DNA from: Octopus vulgaris
Taxonomy: Eukaryota
Assembly: GCA_951406725.2 (NCBI GenBank)
Contig: OX597821.1
Span: 70,060,001 to 70,124,000 of the forward strand
DNA: 64,000 nt
Reading direction: 5' to 3'
Under the pieces are notes generated by a model. It worked only from the letters and a program-made list of their open reading frames with translations, did not search any database and was not told the origin of the DNA. A program made the position numbers and the translations under genes. Of this stretch, positions 41,251 through 57,337 are shown in pieces (positions within the stretch are counted from its first letter, which is position 1; the number at the start of each line of letters is the position of its first letter).

Positions 41251-41650
41251 AGGAGTGGCTGTGTGGTAAGTAGCTTGCTAACCAACCACATGGTTCTGGG
41301 TTCAGTCCCACTGCGTGGCATCTTGGGCAAGTGTCTTCTATAGCCCCGGGTCGACCAATGCCTTGTGAGTGGATTTGGTAGACGGAAACTGAAAGAAGCC
41401 TGTCGTATATATGTATATATATATATGTGTGTGTGTGTGTGTTTGTTTGTCTGTGTTTGTCCCCCTAGCATTGCTTGACAACCGATGCTGGTGTGTTCAC
41501 GTCCCCGTCACTTAGCGGTTCGGCAAAAGAGACCGATAGAATAAGCACTGGGCTTACAAAGAATAAGTCCCGGGGTCGATTTGATCGACTAAAGGCGGTG
41601 CTCCAGCATGGCCGCAGTCAAAATGACTGAAACAAGTAAAAGAGAAAAAG
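41251..41650 (+). mobile_element. SINE family A, with an inverted partial copy at 41058-41200
   Basis: Near-identical to 34840-35240. Confidence 0.9.
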
Positions 41651-41791
41651 AGAGTACATATACATACATATATATACATACATACATATACATACATATA
41701 CATACATATATATACATCCATACATACATATACATGCATACATACATACATATACATACGTATATATATACGTATACATACATACGTATAT

Positions 41792-41836
<45 letters not shown>

Positions 41837-41946
41837 CATATATATTTATATATATATATATATACATACATATATATATATATACATACATATATATATA
41901 CATACATACATATATATATACATACATATACATACATATATATTTA

Positions 41947-42006
<60 letters not shown>

Positions 42007-42070
42007 CATACATATATACATACATATATATATATACACACATATATATACACACATATATATACATACA

Positions 42071-42101
<31 letters not shown>

Positions 42102-42145
42102 GCATATGCATACATATATATATACATATATATATATATACATAC

Positions 42146-42183
<38 letters not shown>

Positions 42184-42185
42184 AC

Positions 42186-42230
<45 letters not shown>

Positions 42231-42235
42231 TATAC

Positions 42236-42311
<76 letters not shown>

Positions 42312-42388
42312 ACATACATATATATACATATATATATATATATACATACATATATATATATATATACATACATATATATATACATACA

Positions 42389-42429
<41 letters not shown>

Positions 42430-42440
42430 ATATACATACC

Positions 42441-42490
<50 letters not shown>

Positions 42491-42499
42491 CCTACATAC

Positions 42500-42539
<40 letters not shown>

Positions 42540-42579
42540 AGATTTATATACATTTCATATATATATATATAAATATAGG

Positions 42580-43001
42580 TGGGCTTAGGACAACAGCATA
42601 CAGTTTAATGCAGGGAAGTTCCAAGCGTTGCGCTACAGGCACACAAAGCTGAACGACATGCAGACCGGATACACCGGCCCGGGAAGAATTGCAATTCCTG
42701 AGCCAAGATCAGTGCGTGACCAGGGCATTGACATGAGCAATTATGCACCTTTCCAAGTGCATATTGCCAATTTGATAATAAAATGCAGACGGCTAGATGG
42801 ATGGACCCTCCGAACTTTGAGAACAAGAGAGAAGGAGACACTCATTGTTCTTTGGAAGACATTCGTCTTCAGCCGCTTGGACTACTGCTCTCAACTATGG
42901 TCACCACACAATATAAAGCTAACAGCAGAACTCGAAGCAATCCAACGAATCTACATTAAAAAGATCGTCTCAATGCAACTTATCAGCTACTGGGAAAGAC
43001 T
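42580..43001 (+). mobile_element. CR1/L2-group LINE RT C-terminal fragment; 3' end resumes at ~44310-44435
   Basis: ORF 42628-43005 contains VRDQGIDMS...FSRLDYCSQLWSPH...LEAIQR...SYWERL. It is homologous to 48650-49080. Confidence 0.9.
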
Positions 43002-44245
43002 GTAGTCTGTGGTCTCCAATATGTATGTTTGGGATGTCCGATGTAGTCTGACCCATGATATTGGTCTTCATGAGGCTGATAACTAAGCCAAAGTCGCTAC
43101 ATGCTTGCTCAAAACAGTTGATGAGCCTTTGTAGGGCTTCTTCTGTGTGTGATACCAAAGCGGCATCATCAGCAAATAGCATCTCCTTGATAAGGACGCT
43201 TCTGATTTGGTCTTGGCACGCAGAAGCGAGAGATCGAACAGTTTCCCGTCACTTCTACTGTGCAGAAACAAGCCATCATCTAATGTCTCAAAGGTATGTG
43301 ACAGCAGCAGCGAGAAGATGATGCCAAATAATGTAGGAGCAAGGACACAACCTTGCTTTACCGCGTTTTTTATTTGGAAGGCGGCTGATGTTGAACCATT
43401 GTGCTGTATGGTGACTTGCATATCATAATGGAAAGATTTGATGATCCTCAGCAGCTTTGGTGGATAACCGATATTTTGGAGCAGGATGAAGAGACCTTTT
43501 CTACTTACCAAGTCAAAGACCTTTGTCAGATCAATGAAGGCCATACATAATAGCATTTTCTGCTCTCTGGACTTCTCCTGAAGTTGGCGTATGGAGAATA
43601 TCATTTCAATAGTTGATCTGCATCTTCTAAAGCCACATTGCGATTCTGGATAAATTCGGGAAGCACGTAGTTGTAGTCTGGACAGGATAACGGAGCAAAG
43701 GTCTTTCCAACAGTGCTTAGAAGAGATATTACACGGTAATTGTTACAATCACCACGACCACCTTTGTTTTTGTAAAGCGTAATGATGTTAAAATCCCGCA
43801 TATCCTGAGGGACTGTGCCCTCTTCCCAGCACTGACACAGAAGCTGATGAAAGTGCCGAAGCAGGACGGTGTTTTTGCCGGCTTTGATGATCTCTGAGGG
43901 GATGCCGTCTTTTCCCAGAGCCTTGTTATTGGCTAGGGAGTCAATAGCCTTGGTGAGCTCTGCTACAGATGGCAGACTGTCAAGTTCGCACATGACTGGC
44001 AAGATCTTGACACTCTCGATTGCAGCCGTGGTCTCCCGTGAGTAGAGATCCTGATAGTACTCCACCCATCTATCCATTTGCTTGCTTTGGTCCTTGATCT
44101 CCAGTAGTTGATTTCAGAGGGGCTGACCTGGTTGCGGATAGACCGAGGGCCTTCTTCAAATCGGCATACATCCCATGGGTGTCGCCACTGTCAGCAGCTG
44201 ACTGGATACTCTGACAGATTTTCTGCACAGCGTCTGACCGTCAGT
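43002..44245 (-). mobile_element. RTE-clade LINE reverse transcriptase fragment nested in the CR1/L2 LINE
   Basis: Frameshifted ORFs carry RT motifs: KALGKDGIPSE, LYKNKGGRGDCNNYRVISLLS, AFIDLTKVFDLV, VKQGCVLAPTLF, LFADDAALV, FGLVISLMKT. Confidence 0.95.
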
Positions 44246-44483
44246 TGGGTTTTATTTCTTACTTTTCTGAGTTCTTCGAGTGACTTTGTAGAAGAATCAC
44301 TCTGAGAGTAGCTGTATCAAACTCCATTCTTCACCAAGTACCACATATTAGACGAAGTTCGTCGTAATAACAGTGTAGCACAAAACGGCAGTGCATCAGC
44401 ATGGCCGCAGCTCTGAGCTGAAACTAGAAAAAAAATATATATATATATACATTCATGTATATATATGTATATATATATATATA

Positions 44484-45198
44484 CAAGCAAAACGCCCCCG
44501 TCCAAGGGACGGTGCTGAGTTGTCAAACATTTAAACCAAATTGTCCGACCGTCCCATAGGCCACCTCTTTGAGAAACACTGATTTAACCTAAATTTGAGA
44601 GGCCAGCAAAAGAATAAATAAAGATAGACTTTTTTCTATTCCAAAGTAAAACGATTTTATTCACACAAATATGCAACCGAAGAGTTTAAAGTACCAGTAA
44701 TGTTGACTGGGAGAACACACACATGGTATAAATAGTAAGCTTGGCAGGAAAGAAGCGTGCCTTTAAGCAGAACAAAAACAACAAAAAAATGGAAGGTGAG
44801 GTTCTGTACAGGTTGACGGAAGAAAAGCAGGACAAAAAGGATGCATGCGAATGGGTTAGCTGGAGGTAAATCTAGATGGGAAAGCATGATGAATTTATGA
44901 GAACGTACCTGGGACAATAATAAGTTTATCCGATAAAACATGTAAGAAACTGCACGTGTATTTTTCTCGCGTAAGCGTAGTATCAATCGCAACGGCTGTT
45001 GTACTTGCCCATACAAATGCACGCTCCCACGGCTTTATCGATCGCATTCTCACCTGGAGTCGATTTTTGTAATTTTTTCAAGACTTATACACGCCCTGAT
45101 ACAGTCGGTATCTACATATCAAATTTGAGCGCAATCGGATGGAGGATGCTCGAGATACTGGAAGACACACACAGACAGAATAGATTTTATATAATAGA
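44484..45198 (-). mobile_element. Non-autonomous Helitron
   Basis: Minus-strand 5' end A|TCTATTATATAAAATC at 45198. Subterminal hairpin ccgtcc-aag-ggacgg at 44498-44512. The 3' end reads CTTG|T, a CTAG variant. Confidence 0.7.
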
Positions 45199-45291
45199 TA
45201 CATACATACATATATACATATATACATATATATATATACATATATATATATATGCATTCATGTATATGTCTATACATACATACATACATAC

Positions 45292-45322
<31 letters not shown>

Positions 45323-45919
45323 CATTCATGTATTTGTATATACATACATATATATATACATATATATACATTCATGTATTTGTATATACATACATATATA
45401 TATACATATATATACATTCATGCATATGTATATACGTACATACATATACATACATACATATACATCCATGTATATGTATATACATACATATAAACATACC
45501 TATGCATACACATATATACACATACATATATATATATACATAAATATATATGCACATGCATATATATATGCATACATATACATATATATACAGATACATA
45601 CATATATATGTATACACATACATACATATATATATATATACACATACATACATATATATATATATACACATACATATATATATATATACACATACATACA
45701 TACATATATACACATACATATATACATATATACACATACCTATATATATATATACACACATACATGCATACATATATTTATATATATACATACATATATA
45801 TACATAAATACACATACATACATATATATATTTACACACATACATACACATACATATATATATATACATACATATATATATATACACACATACATACACA
45901 TACATATATATATAGAGAG

Positions 45920-45960
<41 letters not shown>

Positions 45961-46567
45961 TAGATACATACATATATATATATATACACATACATACATA
46001 TATATATATCCATTCACATGTATACATATATTTATATACACACATATATATATATACATGCATACATATATATATACACATACATACATACATATATATA
46101 CACACATACATACATACATATATATACACATACATACATATATATATACACATACATCCATACATATATATATATATACACATACATATATATAAATACA
46201 CATACATATGTATATATATATACACACATACATACATATATATACACACACATACATACATATATATATACACACACATACATACATATATATATACACA
46301 CACATACATACATATATATATACACACATACATACATATATATACACACACATACATACATATATATACACACACACATACATATATATATACACACACA
46401 TACATACATATATATATACACACACATACATACATATATATATATACACACACATACATATATATATACACACACATACATATATATATATACACACACA
46501 TACATACATATATATAAATACATACATACATACATACATCCATACATATATATATATATATATACAC

Positions 46568-46640
<73 letters not shown>

Positions 46641-47768
46641 CATACATATATATATATATAAACACACATGCATTCCGCGTCTATCAATGCACAGTTATGC
46701 AGACAGAATTAGTCGTATATCATTTCAGCATATTTTGTGGTATAAAGACATTGTACTCGCACCGCAATCATCATCATCTTCAATGTCGATCGTCGTCGTC
46801 ATCATCGTCGTCAATATTAAAACAGAGAAACAATAACATAACTAAATTTTATTCCGTAAGCAATTCTAGTTTTCTACAGAAACCAATGTATATTCGTATA
46901 TACTGACTGAATGATTCCACCGCCGCCACCCTCGCAATTGATGAGGTCATGATAAAGCTGAAACATTTACCTCACTTGCCGAAATTATCAAAACAACATT
47001 AGTCATTTTTAAAGCTATTTTTACATTCCTTTATTGCTTCTGATATTAAACATGTTAACAATAACTTAACGAAACGCTCAACACAAATCATCGACGTCCC
47101 TTTAAGGACCTGAAGTTTGCTTAGAAATTGAGGGTTAACATACATATAAGGTTTACTCTTATTAGCACCAGAATAACAGAGAGTTTACGCTTCACTGGAA
47201 GGATGCGCTATCAAGCACTTCAAGCGAGTATTTGTTGAGAAGAGTCTAACGAAATACAAACTGCAATATGTGTGCGTGGACAGCATTATATAACAATTCA
47301 TACAAACTAGAAATCGCACATCTAAAACGAGGTTTCTACAAGCAAGACGAACATAAGGCGAATGTCTTCCTTATTCAATACGCTTCCCGCCCGCCTTTAA
47401 CGTTGCGTAACATCATTAAAAGCCGATAATTTACTGTTTCATATAGAAGACACACATAGAATATAGTTTAATGAACATTGTTACACGGTATAAAGCAATT
47501 GAATCAAAGCGTTTGCACACGTATAATGAACTTTACATTTGCCAGCTTTGTTGCAGCTGTTCGGTATAATATGAATCATTCGCCAATATCTAAGGTTTAT
47601 CTCGCTTGCTTATGTATACCATTATGCACGTGATATCACTGCACCTACACGCACAGAGGCATCTAAGAATACACGTATAGATGTTTAGCTATGAAGGTAC
47701 GAATGAAAGTTTGAATGCATGTGAGTGTATGTGTATTTATATGTGTGTGTGGGTAAATATAAACAGAA

Positions 47769-47806
<38 letters not shown>

Positions 47807-47811
47807 GGGTG

Positions 47812-47860
<49 letters not shown>

Positions 47861-48370
47861 AACTTGGGCACATTATCATTAGTCTTAATGAGGTGATCTA
47901 CACCAGAGTGCTCAACAAATGTACACATAAGTTATGAAATATTTGGGGCTACGACATCGAAGCAGTGCAGAGTAAAACTGTAAGGAAAGAGTTAACCCCT
48001 GAAAGCAGACAGAGAAGAAATATGGGTTGTGTGGCTGCGTAGCAAGTCTTTTACTTCAGAGGCATCTTAGCAGGCAACGTAAAAGTGATTGAATCCCGCT
48101 GTAACTAATTGTACAAGGGTATCTGACAACTGAAGTTGGATATAAAACTGACATAAGTGAACAAGTGTAGCGAAAAGGAAATGCGTTTTGTATTTGATTA
48201 TCACAAAATATCTTTCGAGGAAAAGCTACTTCGATGTGCTCAATATAAAAGTAACTCTCTGGATGCATACATGTTCGGTAACAAGAGACATTCGTATTAT
48301 GTGTGTGTGTGCGTAGATACATACAAAGATAGACGAGTAGTTATGTAGTTTTATATAGGTATATACTGCG

Positions 48371-48412
<42 letters not shown>

Positions 48413-48644
48413 CATACATACATTCAGTAACGAATTAAAGGCAGCGCTTATGGTGTTGCAAACGTTAAAGACCGCACATACTCAATGTATATGTTATGTT
48501 TGTTCGGCACTTCACTCCCACACAGCGTTTGGGGGACGACTCCCTCATAACGCTGGATGCCGTATACAGGTGAGACAACTCACCTCAAATCCCATTCATA
48601 GATATCGGCACTTCGCCATTTTTGTGGAAATTTTTTCTCAATTT

Positions 48645-49264
48645 ACAGATGGGCTGAGGATAATAATATGCAGTTCAATGCTGAAAAATTCCAGGCCCTG
48701 CGCTACCAGCATCCAAAACTGAGTATCAAACCTACAAGGAACACCGGTCCAAAGGGAATTTCAATACCAGAGCCTAAGTCTGTGAGGGACCTGGGTATCG
48801 ACATGAGTGATGATACCTCTTTCCGAGTGCACATTACCAGGATGGCGACAAAGTGCAGACGACTGGCTGGATGGATCCTAAGAACATTCAGAACCAGAGA
48901 TAAGGAAACTATGATGGTCCTCTGGTGGACATTCGTCCTCAGTCGCCTGGATTACTGCTCACAGCTATGATCACCCACCAGTGTCAGATTAACAGTAGAC
49001 CTTGAAGCAATCCAGAGAAGATTCACAAAGAAGATCGTCTCTTTGCAACAGCTCAGCTACTGGGATATGTTGAAACAGCTAAGTCTCTACTCCCCGGAGA
49101 GAAGACGGGTGAGGTATGCAGTAATATATATCTGGAAGATCCTGGAAGGAATTGTGCCAAATTTTGGCATTGAAAGCTACACCAATGCCAGAAAGGGACA
49201 ACACTGCATAGTGCCAAAGATCCCAGCAATGCCATCAGCATCTGAGCTGAAACGGTAAAAAAAA

Positions 49265-49335
<71 letters not shown>

Positions 49336-49417
49336 CACGTATATATATTCGCCATGCTGGACCGCTGAAATCTACAAGTTTTTCTCACTTTCTGTATTTG
49401 TTTACTCTCTCTCCCCC

Positions 49418-49491
<74 letters not shown>

Positions 49492-49780
49492 GCAACAGCC
49501 TGGGTTTCAAGGGCCCACAGCTTTTCAATATTCCCCCAAAGAGTCTGAGGAACTTTCACAAAGTAGATGTAGGGGTTTTTAAATCAAAGCTGGACATCTT
49601 CCTGTCGAGAGTCCCAGATGAGCCTACCTCACGGCAAGAGGTGCAAATGAGAGTAGCTATATCAAAGTCCATTCTTTATCAAGTGCGACATATTAGAGGA
49701 GGCTCCTAGTAATAACTGTGTAGCGCAAAACGGCGGTGCATCAGTATGGCCGCAGCTCTGAGCTGAAACGGTAAAAAAAA
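48645..49780 (+). mobile_element. CR1/L2-group LINE 3' fragment with internal insertion
   Basis: MQFNAEKFQAL...VRDLGIDMS...[45 protein letters not shown], then the 3' hairpin tail. Interrupted at 49241-49490. Confidence 0.9.
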
Positions 49781-49878
49781 GTATATATATATATATATAT
49801 ATGTGTGTGTGCACGTATATATATTCGCCATGCTGGACCGCTGAAATCTACAAGTTTTTCTCACTCTCTGTATCTGTT

Positions 49879-49917
<39 letters not shown>

Positions 49918-50671
49918 ATTCTTTTCTGTTGGAGTGCGTAGGCTCGAAACGTAAAAAACGTTTTCATTTTCATACACTTGCTTTTTGTTCATACCTACCT
50001 TTGTCTTTTGTTTTTCTAGAAAGTTCAACTATGTACACACACGCGCGTGCGCATGTGTGTATACATACAAACATATACATATGAGTCAATTATTATATAT
50101 CTATCTAGCTATCAATCATCTATCTATTTATCTACCTATGTGTGTGTGTGTGTGTGTGGATGTATGTATATTCATATGCGCATACAAACATATAATTATA
50201 TTTCCAGTGACTTCGAAGTTTCGCCACAAGTAACCTTTAACCATGTTGTGAATACAAGTTTAATAAAGACTCAAAGAAAGATTTTTGAGTCATCTTATCC
50301 AAACTTTGTTGTTTTACGCTTAAAAAACATATTTTGAATGTGCATATGTACCTACAACACACACACACACACACACGTACATGAAAGAGACAGAGTGTGT
50401 GCGTGTGTGCGCGCGTGTGTATGTGTGTGTGTGCGTGTTTGTGAATGTGAGCGTATAAATCAGCCAAAATGGTAATTTTTCCCGTACAAGATTTTATTAA
50501 TCATGAAAATTATATCAATGATGAGTTGGGAACAATTTCACTTCTAGTCAAATGCTCGTGGAGAATGTTATTCGTTGCATTCTTCGAGGTGGAGAAATTG
50601 AAAGATGTTAGCGGGAGCATAAGTGAATCCTAATTCCTATCTAAAGATATATACATAATACATGCATACGT

Positions 50672-50705
<34 letters not shown>

Positions 50706-50918
50706 TTATATTCATGTATATGTATACATGTGTGTGTTGTGAAATTAAAATGTTGCACATGTAATATCAATATGGAAGTAATTCTGTCCCTTTATATTCT
50801 GGAGACAAATTTTACTGAGTCGACATTTCATTTCTGCCAATCAGAAATTGTAATAAATTCAATCAGCTAAACATTTTCGAGACAAATTTGTTGCGCTGAT
50901 CTCTCACTCTCACTCTAT

Positions 50919-51017
<99 letters not shown>

Positions 51018-51136
51018 CTTATCTGTCTATCTACGTGTCTGTCTATCTATCTATATATGTGTTTAGGCGTATATATATGTGTGTGCGCGAGCGTGCATAT
51101 ATGTATATATGTACGTGTGCATATGTGTTTATGTGA

Positions 51137-51175
<39 letters not shown>

Positions 51176-52647
51176 AAGTTTGCATGTGTGTGTGTGTGTG
51201 TGTGTACACATGTCTACTTATCAATTTATCATGCTATGCATACTATTTAACAAAGTGCATATACTTTCCATATATAAATTACAGATGTTTATACTTATGA
51301 ATGTGTCGTATATATATATATATATATATATATATAACTTAGATATCTTAGATTGGTTTCGGCCATTATCGGCCCAGGCCATGACTAACCCAATATATGT
51401 ATACGCTTGTGTATAGTGTTTTTAAGATTGTATACACTCCTATATACCTATATCTATATATATACCTAGAGCGAAAGAGAGAGAGAGAGAGAGAGGGGGT
51501 GTATAAAATAATTAATGATATTAACTTTGCACTCTGAAAGATATTCGTCTGAATAATTTAAATATGTATCTGCCCTATTAATATATGTATGTATGTATAT
51601 ATATATATATGTTTGCGTATACAAACAATGTACGCATGTACATACAAACACACATACCTACCTACCTATAAACATGTACATACATATTTATATTCTTTAC
51701 TCAGGTTCTATACATTCTATATACAATGTATAATAATATTCGGTTATAATATACAACACATAATTATGTATGACATAGATATATAATGTGCGTGTATGTG
51801 TATGTGTGCGCGCGCGTGTATGTATATGTGCATACGAATATATATTAAGAGATAGATAGGTAGACAGAGAGAAAGGAAAGAGAAAGAGAGATGAAGTGAA
51901 TGAGAGGGGGAAGATGGTAGAAATATATAATAAAAATATACAATTTTTTTCTGTATTTATTAAATGAAAAAAATATAACTACATATAATTTTTATATTAT
52001 ATATGTATAAATCAATATGTGTATCATATATAAATTTGATTACACACTCACACGCACGCATACATATTACTCCGTATAAGCGTTTACGTGTATAAATATT
52101 AAATATGCCTGTCCTATGTATACACACACACACACACATCGTACAGAATGCAAAATAATACATCTACATACACACAGCCACACACACACACACGTACAAC
52201 ACAGAAAGACTGGCCGCGCAAACAATTATATTGAATGCGTAAGGCGTCTGAAAGAAATCAACCTCTTCATATACTAGCAGACGTACCAAAAATTTGCATA
52301 CAACAGCCATTCTTGTAAATTAGAGTATGGATATCTATAGAAATTATTAATATTTTTCAATTGAGAACCATATTTTTTGCCATATATTTCAATATCTAAA
52401 AACGGAATAAATTGGAGATGATATCTTGTCCAATTCCATCGAAAATGGCAAACATTTTTTTGTGATACAGACCAAAAAACGTTACATTTAACGGCACAAG
52501 ACTACGCATGAGGAACCTATTAAAGTATTCGCCAACCTCACACGAACGTCGTCAAGTTATTAAAATATGCAATAAGTTTTAGAATTAATATACATCATAG
52601 ACACACACAGGCACACATACACAACTGTACGCATAAACATATGAATA

Positions 52648-52706
<59 letters not shown>

Positions 52707-53048
52707 GTATATGTATATATATATACACATACATATATATATATTTGTATGTATATATATATACACATACATAATTTACATTTATGCATGCATTCATATA
52801 TAAATATATGTATATGGAGAGATACAGATCTAGGTATACAAATTCATGAGCATACATAAATATATATATATATATATATTTCTCTCTCTCTCTCTAATTA
52901 TATATATGTGTGTGTGCGCGCGCGCAACCGCGGCATTAAATCTTGATAAGTACTTCCGCGACAGAAACATCACTCTATCTATCTATCTATCTATATATAT
53001 ATATCTATATATGTCTCTCTTCTTTAACATATATATGTATATGTATGC

Positions 53049-53145
<97 letters not shown>

Positions 53146-53884
53146 CAAAGACAGAAACATACATATACACACATTATAGTGATATTTATTGTTAAACCAG
53201 ATTTGTTGCTAAATGTATATATCTATGGCTACACACATACACACACACTTATCTACGAGTTAACATTGTATATTTGACGTTTTTATGTGTGGACAATATA
53301 GTATCAGCAATTTTATTAAGAAATTTTATATGTATTTCTGTGGATAAACGTATGTATATACGTATGTACACTCACACACACACACACGCACACATGCCCG
53401 CGTGCGCATAAGGTATATACGCTTAGCTTCCAAATAACGAATTAATTCATGTTTTTTAAGCGAATGATCAAGTGTTATGTAGATGGTGCGTAGTAGATGA
53501 ATTTCTATTGTGTGTTGTTCCGTCGATTGATGTTGTTCTGAGTAGAGAAAGTTAAATCTTGTTGTAAAAGCCAACGCCAAACTTTTCACCATTCTTCATT
53601 GAATATTTGCTGCTGTTATATATAGTCTTTTAAACACCCATCCCACCGACACACACAACACAATACAGGTGTATGCATGCGTGTGAATGTTTGTGTGTGT
53701 GTGTAGATACACACTATGAATATGTCTATATATTCATATATAAGAACACAACATGGACTAAAATCTTTAAAAAATACGAAATTACAATAATTTGAATGCC
53801 ATGATTAGCGAAAGCGAAACCAGTCGAGAAACACAATATAAAATATATTAAAAAATATATTAAAACTATGTAGATATATTTTTA

Positions 53885-53909
<25 letters not shown>

Positions 53910-53923
<14 letters not shown>

Positions 53924-54575
53924 TCAACTTGTGTGTCTGTGTGTGTATCTGAGTGTGTGTGTGTGTGTCTGTGTGTTTAACTTCCCGGAACATCTCCTCC
54001 TAGCCAACAAATCGTAGAACCACCAAAAATGGGTCACTTAAAGTTTAGGCGAACTGCGCTGTTTCTGTTTCGAAATTCATCTCGCAAGTGCAAAAATCGA
54101 TAATGTGTTTGTTTAGGCCTTATCTCATGCATTGAATAGTGTACTTTACTCAGCTGTTTGACGTGAACTGTGTTCACCACGCGTGCAAGCGTGCGTAAAT
54201 TGCATGAAAAATAAAAAAATCAAGATATAAAAGCGAATCACCGTAAAAATTGTAGAAATTCGGCAAAGAAATGAATTTTCGGGATGTAGCCTGGAGGGTT
54301 TTTTCGTATTAATCGTTTGAACTTTGTGTACACATACCAATTGTTTTCATAGCATTTTTAACGCTTTGAATTAAATATGACCATTTTGCGTTGAGTCTGC
54401 AGTTTGAATCACTTTAACCAAATTTTAGCAGGCCGGATTTTTGATCATCACGATACATCGCCAGCGACTCCCTGAAACTCTCCCCTGAAATTCCCGTTGA
54501 GAAATCTATATATATAAAACTCAACTTGTGTTTCTGTGTGTGTATTTGTGTGTTTGTCTGTGTGTTTAACTTTTG
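53910..54575 (+). mobile_element. Helitron-like 5' ends (two copies)
   Basis: tatataaaactcaacttgtgtg...tgtgtttaactt occurs at ~53913 and again at 54505, preceded there by A|TCTATATATATAAAA. Confidence 0.5.
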
Positions 54576-54622
54576 GATCTACCAAGTTTCATTATTAAGG
54601 ATGGAAAGTAGTGTGTAGCAAA

Positions 54623-55122
<500 letters not shown>

Positions 55123-55640
55123 CACTGGATAACACCCCCCACTATTTCCTGTACTACTCTCTAAACTTTAGTAGGCTTGACGTGGTATGCATTATTTTCT
55201 ATATTCATTCTGCCACAGATAAGACAAAAGAAACAATGCAAGTATTTTGACTTCCATTATTGATGTAAATACGTTTTAAAAAATGGTTATCGCCTTATAC
55301 TTGAAGTCTATGCGGTCATCTGATGAGAACGATTTCTTTCAAATTGATGTGATGTTGTCATTAATTGACACCTGTACATCTTTGTTACTCATTTATATTC
55401 TGTTCACCTAGCTTGGAATCTGCACTTCAGATATACTATAGAAGGTACCTTTATAAAAGTACATGTCTGAATTACCAAGAGCGGATATCTTCACTTAGCT
55501 GGGTTGCGATGTCTCCACTCACGGCAGGAATATCAGGTGCAAACATCCGTACATGGAGTCTTGATATTCAATATCCAATTAATATTGTTTGGTTGTGCGG
55601 ATTACAGCGCCCTTGCAAGGTGCCTCAATGTAAGTACCTA

Positions 55641-55724
<84 letters not shown>

Positions 55725-56041
55725 CCTCCGCAAAAAAATCTCAAATTTTATTTAATTTGATTTCCGCGGGAAGGAAAATTTTATTGAAGTCATGTATCGC
55801 CTGACCTTCGAAACGTGGAGTAGATGAAATTAAGGTGACTGAAGAAGGGGAATTTTCCTTGTTTGTATGTCCTGTACTCTACTTTTTCGTTGTTAAAAAA
55901 AAAAATGTCCATTTCCTCGGTTTTGTGTTTATGTTTTCGTTTCTCATTGTGTTCGACGTTTTTTTGGTGTCCTGTACCCATATATGCATGGATATATACA
56001 TGTAGATGTAGGTACGTACATGTATGTATGTATATATGCAT

Positions 56042-56095
<54 letters not shown>

Positions 56096-56099
<4 letters not shown>

Positions 56100-57337
56100 G
56101 TGCGTAAAATATTTGAGGACAGATTTATGTTTATCAAAAAACAGATGTATAATAAAAGATAACTTTATTTATGAAAAAATGCTATGAGGATAAAAAATAA
56201 ACCGTCTTTTCTATAATGTTATTCAATAAATCCACGTTCAGCTTCAATAACTCCTAGATGAGATCTATATCATCTCCATGATCGAATCAAGTGGTCCTGG
56301 TTCATTTTGGACATTACTCTGACTATGGCATCTTTCGAAGAATCTTTGGTGTTATGTGCGTGTTCAATGACCTCTCTCTCAACAACGCTTCACATGTAAA
56401 TAGTTCAATGGATTGAGATCTGGGGAATTAGGAAGCCACATGTTAGGGGTTATGTGACCATGAACATTTTCGGTCAACCATTCCTGTCTTACTAGAACCA
56501 TGTATGGTAATGCAGAGTCTTACTGAAGCACATATGGCCTTCCATAGCATACACTATCTGTCCAGGGCTTATTTCCTGGACCTCAATGTAGGCGGCAGAG
56601 TTAACTCTAAGGCTTTGGGAAAGAAATAAGGAGACGTCATATGTCCTTCATTGCTGACAACCCCTAAAACTATGACAGTTGCAGGAAATTTTGTATGCAT
56701 AACACTTGGAACTTAAGAAGGGTCTGCCCATAACCATTTGTCATTTCTTCTGATAACTTTTTGATCTTGTTCAAAGTTTTTCCCCTTTGAGAAAAACCAT
56801 ATCAAATCTTCTGCTGGATTTTTCAGTTTGTTTAAGAGCACTGATGTAGTGATTTTCCTTTGCTTTTTCTGACAAATTCACCTTTCCTCATCACATAAGA
56901 CTTATATCTGATGTATTCGTTGACAACATTTCTAACTGTTTCTTATGACACATGGAGATCTTTTGCAATTGACCTCATGGACTTTCTAGGATTGTAATCA
57001 ATGGTCTGTTGAACTTGATGGATAAATTCAGGTGTTCTGATAATTTCAGAGCGTTTAGAATGCTTTTAATGCTTTGATACTGGTGATATGTTTCCATTTT
57101 AAGTCTCTAGCTTCTTACAAACTTTGTAGACGAAAGACCTGGTAATTTTTAAAACTCGAGATATTTCTAAATCACTATGCTCAGCCTTTATAAACCACAA
57201 TAACAGCTTACCTCTTCGTTTCTTGAGTAAGCTGAGGATCTGCATTATTATTTTCCGAAACAAAGCTTATAGATAATTAGCAAAAAATATAGCAATGACC
57301 CCAAAAAGGTATGTCCTCAAATACCTTACGCACTATA
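56096..57337 (-). mobile_element. Decayed Tc1/mariner-superfamily DNA transposon (maT/DD37D-like)
   Basis: TIRs cagagtgcgtaaaatatttgaggaca and tgtcctcaaataccttacgcactata, with TA at the left end. Minus-strand remnants read HTKFPATVIVLGVVSNEG, GRPYVLQ*DSA and WLPNSPDLNPLNY. Confidence 0.85.

Noticed and set aside
46935-46980. TTGATGA...GAAACATTTAC hammerhead-like string
   Set aside because: Stem II is very weak and there is no stem I pairing next to the core.
55315-55355. CTGATGA plus a small hairpin (also ctgatga at ~1055, ~15904 and ~21745, and ctgacga at ~39953)
   Set aside because: There is no correctly placed GAAA, stem III or NUH.
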